From a virus (taxonomy: Duplodnaviria; Caudoviricetes): DNA of 25,841 nt. A program made the position numbers and the translations under genes. Below are positions 15,634 through 25,379 of this stretch, piece by piece. Position 1 is the stretch's first letter, and every line of letters begins with the position of its first letter. The DNA lies in the IMG/VR virus record IMGVR_UViG_3300040985_000507, positions 1 through 25,841 of that record, one strand, 5' to 3'. The notes below the pieces were generated by a model. It saw only the letters and a program-made list of their open reading frames with translations. It searched no databases and was not told the origin of the DNA.

Positions 15634-16253
15634 CAGCAGCTACTACTTACGCAGAGCTTCAGACAGAGATTGCCGACTACCTGGCACGTGCTGACTTGAC
15701 TGCTATCATTCCTAACTTTGTGAAGTATGCCGAGGTTAAGATGAATAACGATCTACGGCTCAGGGAGATGATAGCGACAGTGAATATCAATCCGTCCGCT
15801 GTTAATACCTATGTTGCACTGCCTACAGGGTTTCTTGAGATTATCAGTTTCAACGATGATACGGGTCAGCCTTTGCAGGAGGTTGATTACGAGGAGTTGG
15901 AGGATTATAAATACGGCGCGGGATCTGGACGTGCTGAATTATACGCGATAGGCGCAAGAATCGACTTTGAACGAACCGCCTCCGATGCTCTGAACTTTCC
16001 TATGCGGTACTGGAAACGTTTGGACCTGATTACGGACACAACCAATGCTGTCCTAACAAACTACCCGCAGCTCTATCTGTACGGCTCTTTACTGCAGGCA
16101 ACTCCCTATATTCGTAATATGGAGATGCTGACATCGTGGAAGCAATTCTATGAGGAGGCAGTGAAAGAATCCAACCATCGCTCAGTCAGGCACAACAAGA
16201 AACTCCGCACTGAGTTTAAGGGACAGTCCTTTAATATTATCAGGGGTTATTGA
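15630..16253 (+). CDS. Head-to-tail adaptor protein
   Basis: TYAELQTEIADYLAR.DLT..IPNF..AE..LR; TN.VLTNYPQLYLYGSL motif; position after the coat. Confidence 0.8.
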   Translation: MTAATTYAELQTEIADYLARADLTAIIPNFVKYAEVKMNNDLRLREMIATVNINPSAVNTYVALPTGFLEIISFNDDTGQPLQEVDYEELEDYKYGAGSGRAELYAIGARIDFERTASDALNFPMRYWKRLDLITDTTNAVLTNYPQLYLYGSLLQATPYIRNMEMLTSWKQFYEEAVKESNHRSVRHNKKLRTEFKGQSFNIIRGY

Positions 16254-17728
16254 TGATCCCTTTTGCAGAATGGCTTCCTGATTTGCCAGATCTTGAAAAT
16301 CCCGGCGCGACTGAAGCTCTGAATGTCCTGCCAGGTTCGAGATCATACATACCCTTGCTTGGCATCTCACCTATTACTGACGCGATGAATGCCTTTATGC
16401 GAGGCGGCATTGCGGTACGGGATAAGGATGATGTTGTGTTTAACTATGCAGGCAACGAGACAAAGTTATACACAATCTCTGCCAGCGCACATACCGATGC
16501 GACTAATGTGGGTGCGCCTTATGCACTTTCTGATCAGGAAAACTGGGAGTTTCATAAATGGGGTGAGAAAGTCATCGCAGTGGCGATAGACGAGAATCCT
16601 CAGATCATATCGCTCGGCGGCACTAAATTTGCCGACTTAGCGGGGAGTCCACCGAAAGCCCGTCACATTGCCGTGATAAACAATTTTGTGGTTCTGGCTA
16701 ATCTGGTAGAGGGGGGTGTAGCAAAGCCCCAGAAGGTACGCTGGAGCGCGATAGACGATGAAACTGACTGGACTGCCAGTGCAACCACTCAATCTGACTC
16801 ACAAGAGCTACTAAGTGACTCGGAGTCGGGCGGCGGTTGGATTATGGGTATCACCGGCGGCGAGTGGGGCAACGTGATAATGGAGTACAGCACTTGGCGG
16901 ATCACTTACGCTGGCTCACCTGCAATATTCCAAATAGAAGAAGTCCTGCCCGGAGTCGGGACACCGGCAAAGAACAGCATCACCCAGGAAGGACGCTACA
17001 CCCACTTCCTCTCTCAAGAGGGATTTGTTCAGCTTATTGATGGCTTTCAAGTGAAGTACATCGGCAAGGAAAAGGTGGACACGACTTTCTTTAAAGACTT
17101 AAACGACAGGTATACCCATAGAATTGTTAGTAGTTCAGATCCAACAAGCGCAATAGTCTGTTGGATCTATCCATCCACATCTAGCACTAACGGCACACCT
17201 GACAAGATTATTTGCTATAACTGGTTTACCGAACGCTGGACACATGGCGAGATTGACTTGGAGTGGATCTATCGCTCATTAGGGCAAGGCTATACGCTTG
17301 AGGGACTTGATGCGGTGAATACCAACCTTGACACGCTAACACCCTCACTTGACTCAAGAGCATGGGTGGGCGGCGAACTGCAAATGGCGATCTATGACAC
17401 CTCTCATAAGAAAGGAGTGCTTGGCGGTACGGCGTTGAATGGCGTTATTGAAACGGCGGAAGTTAATGTCAATCCTGGCAGACGCGCTCTCATAACAGGT
17501 GTTCGTCCACTGGTTGACGGTGTTACCTCCTCGACTGTCCAAATAGGCACAAGAGAATTACAGAATGATGCGGTGAGTTTTGGCAGTGCGCTGACACCTC
17601 ATCCCTCTACAGGTGTCGCACCGGCTCGGAGTGACTCTCGATACCACCGATTCAGAGTGAACACGACAGGCGGATTTAATCACGCATTGGGTATCGATGT
17701 TGAAATGGATAAGTCAGGCTACAGATGA
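16250..17728 (+). CDS. Tail hub / DNA-stabilisation protein (P22 gp10 or T7 gp12 equivalent)
   Basis: IPFAEWLPD N-terminus, VRWSAIDD..W, beta-rich composition; follows the adaptor. Confidence 0.75.
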   Translation: MMIPFAEWLPDLPDLENPGATEALNVLPGSRSYIPLLGISPITDAMNAFMRGGIAVRDKDDVVFNYAGNETKLYTISASAHTDATNVGAPYALSDQENWEFHKWGEKVIAVAIDENPQIISLGGTKFADLAGSPPKARHIAVINNFVVLANLVEGGVAKPQKVRWSAIDDETDWTASATTQSDSQELLSDSESGGGWIMGITGGEWGNVIMEYSTWRITYAGSPAIFQIEEVLPGVGTPAKNSITQEGRYTHFLSQEGFVQLIDGFQVKYIGKEKVDTTFFKDLNDRYTHRIVSSSDPTSAIVCWIYPSTSSTNGTPDKIICYNWFTERWTHGEIDLEWIYRSLGQGYTLEGLDAVNTNLDTLTPSLDSRAWVGGELQMAIYDTSHKKGVLGGTALNGVIETAEVNVNPGRRALITGVRPLVDGVTSSTVQIGTRELQNDAVSFGSALTPHPSTGVAPARSDSRYHRFRVNTTGGFNHALGIDVEMDKSGYR

Positions 17729-18105
17729 CACAACGCACAATCAGAAATGTTGCTACACAGCATCATAATTCAGAAACACATAGGCGGATGCTGGCAGAGG
17801 CGATTAATTACCTTATAGCGGCAACTGTTCCTAATTCAGGTGTTGGCACAGTAACAGGTGACACAACGCTGGATAAAAGCATAAGAACGGTGTATTGCGA
17901 CACAACGAGCGTGGCGATTACGATAACACTGCCACCGGGTGAGGACTTCATGCAGTACCGAATAATCAACACCGGCGCAACGGGTAAGAATGTTACCATC
18001 ACACCTAGTGGCTCAGAATTATTATTAGGGGCGAACTCTACACAAACACTATCGCCGGGAGATGTCATTATTATTGAATTTGAACTAACAAGCGGCTGGT
18101 GGTGA
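17725..18105 (+). CDS. Small tail structural protein (needle/plug position)
   Basis: N-terminal helix plus Thr-rich beta domain (YCDTTSVAITITLP); synteny with P22 gp26. Confidence 0.55.
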   Translation: MTQRTIRNVATQHHNSETHRRMLAEAINYLIAATVPNSGVGTVTGDTTLDKSIRTVYCDTTSVAITITLPPGEDFMQYRIINTGATGKNVTITPSGSELLLGANSTQTLSPGDVIIIEFELTSGWW

Positions 18106-18164
18106 TTCCACTATCTAACAATGCAGATTTTCTAGGCTCTTTAGCCTGGAGGGAGATAAGTTAA

Positions 18165-18251
18165 ATGAACAAGAAAAAAGCTACCAAGAAAAAAGCTACC
18201 AAGAAAAAAGCTACCAAGAAAAAAGCAGCAAGGGAAGCAAATGGCTACTAA
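18165..18251 (+). CDS. 28-aa histone-H1-like basic peptide (MNKKKATKKKATKKKATKKKAAREANGY)
   Basis: GGAGGGAG SD region at 18148-18155; open frame through an in-frame 15-bp repeat; stop overlaps the start region of the next gene. Confidence 0.6.
   Translation: MNKKKATKKKATKKKATKKKAAREANGY
18170..18226 (+). repeat. 15-bp tandem repeat CAAGAAAAAAGCTAC x3.8
   Basis: Three exact copies (18170, 18185, 18200) plus a 12-nt partial copy. Confidence 0.97.
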
Positions 18252-20028
18252 CGGAGTCCTTACTGGAAACGGCTTGTCCGATCAAAGTTTACTCACAGGT
18301 GGTTATAAGCCTGGGATGATGCAGAAGGTGGGTAACTTCTTGCCTGGACTCGTTGGCTTAAAGGACATTGATTATCCTTACATTCGTTCAGTTATTCGTA
18401 TAGAAAACGGTGTTGCTAAAGTAGTTGATAATTTCTCTTTAGACTACAAGAAGGGTGATGTCGCCGGACGAAAGGATGCCGCCGCTTTAGGGCAGATGGC
18501 GGCTGACAGGACAAACCAGTTACTTAAAGAAAATGGGATGTACGGCAACAAAGGTTTAACTATTCAGTTTGATGCTGGTATGTCGAGTGGGCGTAAGGGA
18601 TCGAATCTCGGTACAGGTATGTTTGTAGGGAAAGGAGGTAGCTTTAAGTCAGGCTCTACTTATACTGGACTTGAAAGCATGGCTGACTTTGGCACACAGC
18701 TTGACAAGTATTTAAGCGATACTATTGGGACAAACAAATACGGCGGCGAACTAACCAACATCCCTCAGTACACCCAAAGCAATTTTGCACCATCGCAAGG
18801 CGCAGGTAGTTTCGATAATACCTCTGTTATTGGACGCATGTTGCTTAATGCGGCGGCAGTGGCGGCGGGTGGTTATGGGTTAAGCCAGTTAGCGAGTACG
18901 GGTGCGGGTGGCGTTGGGTTTCAAAGCACAGTAGGGCAAGAGCTGGCGGGGACACTGTCCAATGCAGCTATTGCTGATAGCATGAGTCTCGGTGCTGGTG
19001 GTTTCTCAGGAGTGGCGGCTGGTGGTGCTGGTGCGCTCGGCAGTGCAGGAATAACTGCGGCAGCAGAGGGTGCGCTTGGCATGGGAGCAGGAACATGGGC
19101 GGGACTTAGTAATGCTGGCTCGAATGTTGGTTTTGCTGGTGTGCCGGATCTTGGATACATAGATAGTTTTAATCTCTCGAACACAACAGCACCAGGAACG
19201 ACAGATTTAGGCGGCAACTTTGTGAACGGTGGTGGTGCAATAGATGTGCCTAATATCGGTACTCAAGGTCTTAATGATGCTGTCACTAATGTGGTTGATA
19301 ACAGCATTGCAGGGCTTGGCGATAATTACGCTGACGTAATAAACGGTATTTCGGTGAGCAATCCCTCTCCGCCAGTTGATGTTTTAAAAAATAGTGCGTG
19401 GGACAAACTAACAGAGGCAGGTAAGAAAGCATTTACAGATCCCGATGGTACAGTCAACTGGACGCGAGTAGCTAAAGCAGGACTGCTTGGCGCGAATGCA
19501 ATAGGTAGTGTGTTGGGCGGCACTCCAGACGGCGGAGGCGTTCTTGGTGGCGGCGTTCTTGGTGGTGGTAATTATGTTGCCCCTGATTGGGTAAGCGGTG
19601 GACTTCCTACTGCACCAGATCCAGGGCAGTACATGGAACGAGGCGGCACATGGACACCGGGCATGACACCGAACGAACAGTCTGAATTATTGGCGAGGGG
19701 TGTTGCACCTCCGGCGAATTACACAAGAGATCAAACCTCTGGCGGTACTCCGATCACAGGCAGTAACTATGCGCCACAAAGAATGACTCGTGATCCGTCT
19801 TTGAGTACGTTACCTAAACATCAACAGTCACAAGGCTTGCCAACGCTAGACAGCATAAACCCAAACTATGTTCCAACAGGAACAAGTCCTTTCTCTAATT
19901 TAACACCGGAGCAAATTGAAAGGCTCAGACAGCAAATGCCAAACCCAAACATGGGTGGCAGACAGAGAGAACCGGGTGGACTATCACCAATGCAAGCATT
20001 AAACGATTTACAGAATAGAGGATATTAA
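18241..20028 (+). CDS. Gly/Ala-rich putative ejection / internal virion protein
   Basis: 595 aa; long hydrophobic G/A segment, GVLGG repeats, P/Q-rich tail; start of the ejection-gene block. Confidence 0.6.
   Translation: MATNGVLTGNGLSDQSLLTGGYKPGMMQKVGNFLPGLVGLKDIDYPYIRSVIRIENGVAKVVDNFSLDYKKGDVAGRKDAAALGQMAADRTNQLLKENGMYGNKGLTIQFDAGMSSGRKGSNLGTGMFVGKGGSFKSGSTYTGLESMADFGTQLDKYLSDTIGTNKYGGELTNIPQYTQSNFAPSQGAGSFDNTSVIGRMLLNAAAVAAGGYGLSQLASTGAGGVGFQSTVGQELAGTLSNAAIADSMSLGAGGFSGVAAGGAGALGSAGITAAAEGALGMGAGTWAGLSNAGSNVGFAGVPDLGYIDSFNLSNTTAPGTTDLGGNFVNGGGAIDVPNIGTQGLNDAVTNVVDNSIAGLGDNYADVINGISVSNPSPPVDVLKNSAWDKLTEAGKKAFTDPDGTVNWTRVAKAGLLGANAIGSVLGGTPDGGGVLGGGVLGGGNYVAPDWVSGGLPTAPDPGQYMERGGTWTPGMTPNEQSELLARGVAPPANYTRDQTSGGTPITGSNYAPQRMTRDPSLSTLPKHQQSQGLPTLDSINPNYVPTGTSPFSNLTPEQIERLRQQMPNPNMGGRQREPGGLSPMQALNDLQNRGY
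19537..19566 (+). repeat. 15-bp tandem duplication encoding GVLGG-GVLGG
   Basis: GGCGTTCTTGGTGGC GGCGTTCTTGGTGGT. Confidence 0.85.
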
Positions 20029-20029
20029 C

Positions 20030-20965
20030 ATGTCTAGTTTTGCCCCAGGAACAGATCCAGCAACTATAACAGCCTTTAACAATAGACTTTACGGAGGCGG
20101 AGGGTATCCGTCTGCGGGAGTCCCCTCGAATACAAATCAGAACACCGGCGGGGGTGGGTTCTGGGATCCAAAAGTAACTAACCAAACAACAACAGCTACA
20201 TCGGCTCCCTGGAGTGTCCAGTCTCCGTATTTGGACTACGGCTTCCAGCAAGGTAAGCAACTATACGATCAAGGTGGACCGCAGTACTATCAAGGCAACA
20301 CCTATACACCGATGGCTCCGCAGACTGAGGCGGGGATCAACTCAATACAGAATGCAGCTCTCTCTGGTGGGTACGGTGTGGATAATGCGGCTAACCAACA
20401 GGCACGAGATACACTTGGTGGCGCATACTTAAACAGCAATCCTTATCTAGATCAAACCTACAACACGGCGGCAGATAGAGCGCGGAGAAGTATTGATTCG
20501 CAGTTTGCGGGATCTGGACGGTATGGCTCAAACATTCATCAGGATATTATGGGCGAGAACCTGATGGACTTGTCTGGGAAAATCTACGGTGATAACTATC
20601 AAGCGGAGAGAGGCAGGCAGATGCAGATGGCTTCTATCGCACCCTCTATCAGTAACCAAAACTATCGCCCTGGCGATGCGCTTGTCAGTGCTGGCGGGAT
20701 TGTAAAGAACCAAGCTAATGAAGCACTCAACGCTGATAAAGCCAGATGGGATTATAATCAAAACCTGCCTTATCAGAATCTGGATTGGTACAACAAAGGC
20801 ATCGGTGGAAATTTTGGCGGCACTGAAACACAAACAAAGCCTTTGTACTCAAACTCAACTGGAACAAACATTCTCGGCAACATAGGCGCAGGACTCGGCA
20901 TTCTATCTGAATGGGATGATGTCGAGAAAGGTTGGAATTCACTTTCTAGCCTTTGGGGGGACTAA
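20030..20965 (+). CDS. Putative DNA ejection protein (P22 gp7-like position)
   Basis: PWSVQSPYL, LNSNPYL, SQFAGSGRYGS motifs recurrent in podovirus internal proteins; Q/N/G-rich. Confidence 0.65.
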   Translation: MSSFAPGTDPATITAFNNRLYGGGGYPSAGVPSNTNQNTGGGGFWDPKVTNQTTTATSAPWSVQSPYLDYGFQQGKQLYDQGGPQYYQGNTYTPMAPQTEAGINSIQNAALSGGYGVDNAANQQARDTLGGAYLNSNPYLDQTYNTAADRARRSIDSQFAGSGRYGSNIHQDIMGENLMDLSGKIYGDNYQAERGRQMQMASIAPSISNQNYRPGDALVSAGGIVKNQANEALNADKARWDYNQNLPYQNLDWYNKGIGGNFGGTETQTKPLYSNSTGTNILGNIGAGLGILSEWDDVEKGWNSLSSLWGD

Positions 20966-20967
20966 TT

Positions 20968-22401
20968 ATGGCTGACTTAATGAGCAATGACTTATTCCGC
21001 ATGGGAATGGGAATACTTGAGGGCGCAACGCCACAGGCTACACCTCCGAATGCAATCAGCAATATGATGCGTGGCATGAGTGATGCAAGAGATAACCGTT
21101 ATCAGCAAGAACAACGGATGCTCCAGAAGCAACAGGCGAGAATGCAGTTACAGCAGATGAAGAGGGCAGAGGAAGAGCATGCCCATAAGTTAAAGATTCG
21201 TGACAAGGAAGAGGCTCAACTTGCCGCATTAACCGGCGCAGCTACACTCAATCCTTTTAACCAGACACCAGGCTTTCAGCTAACTGGTATGGGTGGTGGT
21301 GGAATAAATAGTCCTGATGTAAGTAGCTTGCCTCAAGTCGGAGCATCACAACCTGTTGGTAATAACGCACCTCAAACTGGCAGGTTGTCTCCTTATGCTC
21401 AGTCTTTGCTTTCACCTCTAATGCAAAAAGAAAATCTACTGCAAATTAAGTTGCAAAATCCTGTTAGTCGGCAAGACTACATAACAACGCAAAACGCACT
21501 ACTCACTCTTCAGCAAGATAAAGCGAAGGCAGAACTTCTTGTTGGCATAGGCGAGAAGCTACCGCCGGGCGAGAGAGAGATGTTTTATCAAGATCCAAAA
21601 GGCTACATGACAAACAGGATGACAAAACCTCAGTCAGTTTATGATCAAAACATGAAACAGAAAAAAGAGGAAACACGCATAGGGCAGTCTGGGTACAGAA
21701 AGAAAGAAATTGTGTTGAATGGTATCCCTCATGAACAGGAAATATACCAAGACACAGAAGGAAATCAAACCGTCATAAGCACTACCGCTAAAACAGAGGC
21801 TGGTACTTACGTGCCTGATAATCAGGGCGGCGAACCAACAGTCGTGCCTGTCTCTGGTGGCAGCAAAGACATGGGCAATCCTAAGAACTGGACTGCTGAT
21901 ATGCGTAAAGCATCAGGGTTCACAAATAGAATGCTATTGGCTGAGAATAATATTAATAACGTACTGGGAAATGATCCTAATCTGGATATTACTGATTATG
22001 CTATAGGCGCTTACGCAGGAGGCGGCAAACTTGCTGGAGGTGTAGATCAGGATTTATGGATGTATGACATGGACGCTAATCAACAGCAGTACGTGACGGC
22101 GGCAATGGACTGGATTAGAGCAAAATTAAGGAAAGAATCTGGGGCTGTCATTTCTGACGCTGAAATGAAAGGTGAGTATCAAACTTATTTCCCTGTCCCT
22201 GGTAATACAAAAGAAGTGATTGAACAAAAACGCAGGGCGAGAATGCAAGCAACAAGGAACATGCAGATGGAAGCATCAGAGTCATGGAGTCCTGACTCAT
22301 CTATGGAAATACCTATGCCAAAGTCACAGAAAGACTTTGACTTAATTCCGAGAGGGGCGATATACATTGACGATGATAACAAAGCATATAGGAAAAAATA
22401 A
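20968..22401 (+). CDS. Putative DNA ejection protein (P22 gp20-like position); probable start ATG 20968
   Basis: N-terminal MGMGILEG and Gln-rich coiled coil; C-terminal LRKESGAVIS..E..YFPVPG motif. Confidence 0.6.
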   Translation: MADLMSNDLFRMGMGILEGATPQATPPNAISNMMRGMSDARDNRYQQEQRMLQKQQARMQLQQMKRAEEEHAHKLKIRDKEEAQLAALTGAATLNPFNQTPGFQLTGMGGGGINSPDVSSLPQVGASQPVGNNAPQTGRLSPYAQSLLSPLMQKENLLQIKLQNPVSRQDYITTQNALLTLQQDKAKAELLVGIGEKLPPGEREMFYQDPKGYMTNRMTKPQSVYDQNMKQKKEETRIGQSGYRKKEIVLNGIPHEQEIYQDTEGNQTVISTTAKTEAGTYVPDNQGGEPTVVPVSGGSKDMGNPKNWTADMRKASGFTNRMLLAENNINNVLGNDPNLDITDYAIGAYAGGGKLAGGVDQDLWMYDMDANQQQYVTAAMDWIRAKLRKESGAVISDAEMKGEYQTYFPVPGNTKEVIEQKRRARMQATRNMQMEASESWSPDSSMEIPMPKSQKDFDLIPRGAIYIDDDNKAYRKK

Positions 22402-23996
22402 TGGGTACTTACTCTAGTCAAAATAAATCATCTCCTGTTTCTAATACAGAGCTAGAGCAGGAAACCTACAATCCAACCGATGATATGAGTGGCGGACAGA
22501 AATTTTTAGCCGGAGTAGGGAAAGGGATGGTTGATGTTGGCAGAGGCGTTGCTGACTTTGTGTATGATGCTATACCTGGAAACCAATGGGGAGAGGAAGC
22601 ACTCAACCAAAATATTCTTAACTCAAGAGAATTATCAGCGCCTTTAATGGACACAGGTGCAGGGATGGCAGGTAATATCACTGGTGCTATTGCAGCATCT
22701 CTGCCAGCTATGTTTATTCCTGGCGCTAACACAGCAGCGGGGGCGACAGCAATAGGGGCAGGGATGGGAGCTTTAGAGGCTACTGTTGGAGATGAGTCAA
22801 GGCTGATGAATACAGGCAAGGGCGCTGTACTCGGCAGAGGTGGACATTATCTTGGCGGAAAACTTGGCGAAGCATTGGACAGCAAGATAGTGCAAAAAGG
22901 AGTCAATAAAATACAAAACATTGTTAAAGATAGAACTATAAAAAAAGCAATGGAAAATGGATATGTGATACCTCCTACAATGTCAAGCCCCTCTGCCGTC
23001 AATAAAACACTTGAAGGCTTGTCCGGTAAAATATCAACAGCTCAACAAGCCTCTATTAAAAACCAACAAGTAACAGATAACCTTTCTCGTAGAGCATTAG
23101 GATTGAGCGATGACGCGCCGCTGACAGTGGAGACACTAAAGGAAATAAGAAGCGTTGCCGGGCAAATGTATGACAAGGTTAAAGGACTAGGAAGGATGGC
23201 TACTGATGATCAGTATATTGATGACTTAGGCAAAGCGGTTCGACAATATCACAAGGTTTCAAAAGAATTTAAAACACAGACTGTTAAGGAAATAGATGAT
23301 CTTATAGAAGATGTTGGCAGAGGACAGTTGGATGCCGACACTGCTGTCGAGCTTGTTAAGAGTTTAAGGTATCAGGCAAGCAGGAACATGAAGTCCATTG
23401 ACAATCCTGCTAAAGCACAACTAGCTAAAGTACAAAAATCGGTTTCTGCCGCTATTGAAGATCAGATGGAAAGAAGTCTGGGAGGCGACATGCTAAACCA
23501 GTTCAAGAGTGCTAGAAAATTAATAGCTAAAACCTACAGTGTTGAAGATGCGCTGAATCCTGCTACCGGACATGTTAGAGCTGGGTATCTTGGAAAAGAG
23601 ATGTCAAAGGGTGAGCCTTTGTCAGGAGAATTAAAAATAATAGCTGAGATGGCGCAGTTTGCTCCAAAGGCAGTACAGGAACAAACCTCTAGTTTTATAG
23701 GCTTAAGTCCTCTTGATTATGCTGTTGGTTTTGGTACTGCTGGCGCATCAGGAAACCCGTTAATGATGGCATCTATGCTAGCTAGACCTGCGGCAAGATC
23801 AACTATTCTGTCAAAGCCTTATCAGAAACTAATGACAGCTCCAGATTATTCAAGCGGTGGAATGAACTTAATGAAATCAGCTATAGACAGTCAATACGGT
23901 AGAGCAGGTATTGATCGGCTAATGCCAGCAATCGGCTTAAATGCCTTTCCTGGCGACAGTCTCTCGGCAATCAACAACCTTCCTCAGAAGCAATAA
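22401..23996 (+). CDS. Putative DNA transfer / ejection protein (P22 gp16-like position)
   Basis: G/A-rich hydrophobic N-terminal segment followed by a helical body; TAATG overlap; precedes the tail fibre. Confidence 0.6.
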   Translation: MGTYSSQNKSSPVSNTELEQETYNPTDDMSGGQKFLAGVGKGMVDVGRGVADFVYDAIPGNQWGEEALNQNILNSRELSAPLMDTGAGMAGNITGAIAASLPAMFIPGANTAAGATAIGAGMGALEATVGDESRLMNTGKGAVLGRGGHYLGGKLGEALDSKIVQKGVNKIQNIVKDRTIKKAMENGYVIPPTMSSPSAVNKTLEGLSGKISTAQQASIKNQQVTDNLSRRALGLSDDAPLTVETLKEIRSVAGQMYDKVKGLGRMATDDQYIDDLGKAVRQYHKVSKEFKTQTVKEIDDLIEDVGRGQLDADTAVELVKSLRYQASRNMKSIDNPAKAQLAKVQKSVSAAIEDQMERSLGGDMLNQFKSARKLIAKTYSVEDALNPATGHVRAGYLGKEMSKGEPLSGELKIIAEMAQFAPKAVQEQTSSFIGLSPLDYAVGFGTAGASGNPLMMASMLARPAARSTILSKPYQKLMTAPDYSSGGMNLMKSAIDSQYGRAGIDRLMPAIGLNAFPGDSLSAINNLPQKQ

Positions 23997-24031
23997 GATC
24001 AATACTAATTCCATAACAAGAGTATAAACCA

Positions 24032-25378
24032 ATGGCAAAAACTAAAATATCAGAGTTTGACACGACTCCTGGTTTAAATACGGACATAAACTCGATTGAC
24101 ATAGACGAGGGTATGCCGCCTAGTTCAGTGAATAATGCTATCCGTCAATTAATGAGTTACATCAAGGATGCACTGTTTCAGACACTCACAGTGGCAGGTA
24201 TATTATCAGTAGACGACACCACAGACTCCACAAGCGGCACAACAGGCTCTATCCATACCGATGGTGGTTTAGGTGTTGCCAAAAGTATTTACTGTGAAGA
24301 AACATTAATTACGCCCCAATGGACTATGTATAACGCCCTTGATAACGGCGATTTCCGTGTTGACCAAAGGATGCTTGGTATTTCTTACACTTCTACATCA
24401 GCTTTCACTAATGCTGCAGGGAATTACATTTTGGATAGATGGGTATTGGTTTCTGATGGAGACAATGTTTTTGATGTAACACAAAGAACAACTTTTTCTG
24501 AATTAGCGTTAGGTGCTTACGCTGGCATCAGGCTTGATGTTGAAACAGAGGACAAGAAAGGTGGTATCTTCCAGATTATAGAGGCGAGAGAAACCGAGAG
24601 ACTTTTTAAAGCAGGTGCTGGGGTAGTCTCTTTGAGTTTTAGTGCAGAGACAACGGACGCTACCAATTACACTAAGATAAGAGCCGCAGTATTGGCATGG
24701 GATGGAACGGCAGACGCACCGACTATTGAACCTATTGCTGACGGGTCATGGGGAGCAGAGAACACTAACCCTACGTTAGTATCTAACTGGACGTATGAGA
24801 ACACTCCGGCAGCACTAACGGCACTTACTACTAGTGTTCAGCGCCTCAAGATAGAGAACATATCTTTAAACACCACATCAACGAATAATCTTGGGGTGTT
24901 AATCTGGATGGATGATATGACTAATGATGCGGTAGACAGGGTCATTATCTCTGATGTTCAATTAAATCCAGGCGCAAAGGCATTACCTTTTATTCCGAAG
25001 TCTTACGGTGAAGAATTACGCGCCGTGCAGAGGTTTATGAAGAAATGGCAGAACGACGAGTCTAATAACGAGATGTTACCCGCAGTAGGTGGTTCCAAAT
25101 CAACAACAGGGGCACAAACAACCCTGCAGTTCCCTGTTGAGATGATTGGTGAACCCACTCTACAGGTGAGTGATGTGACTCATTTTGATGTGGGCGAAAA
25201 CGGGTCTTACACTGTTACAACTGCCATATCATTAAACTCTGGGGGGTCGGGTCGTAGCGCAGGGAGACTTGATGTGACTACAGCGGGGAGCTTGACTGAT
25301 AACTCAGGTGTTTTGGTGCGGTTTGAAGGAACGGAAACAGGCGGTACACAATGGTTACTCGTAACAGCGGAGTTTTAA
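24032..25378 (+). CDS. Tail fibre / receptor-binding protein
   Basis: N-terminal IDEGMPPSSVNNAIRQLM attachment motif; NGDFRVDQR..YILDRW beta-sandwich-like domain; Thr/Ser-rich. Confidence 0.75.
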   Translation: MAKTKISEFDTTPGLNTDINSIDIDEGMPPSSVNNAIRQLMSYIKDALFQTLTVAGILSVDDTTDSTSGTTGSIHTDGGLGVAKSIYCEETLITPQWTMYNALDNGDFRVDQRMLGISYTSTSAFTNAAGNYILDRWVLVSDGDNVFDVTQRTTFSELALGAYAGIRLDVETEDKKGGIFQIIEARETERLFKAGAGVVSLSFSAETTDATNYTKIRAAVLAWDGTADAPTIEPIADGSWGAENTNPTLVSNWTYENTPAALTALTTSVQRLKIENISLNTTSTNNLGVLIWMDDMTNDAVDRVIISDVQLNPGAKALPFIPKSYGEELRAVQRFMKKWQNDESNNEMLPAVGGSKSTTGAQTTLQFPVEMIGEPTLQVSDVTHFDVGENGSYTVTTAISLNSGGSGRSAGRLDVTTAGSLTDNSGVLVRFEGTETGGTQWLLVTAEF

Positions 25379-25379
25379 G

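Noticed and set aside
18170-18226. Tandem repeat as a CRISPR array
   Set aside because: 15-bp head-to-tail units with no spacers and no cas genes
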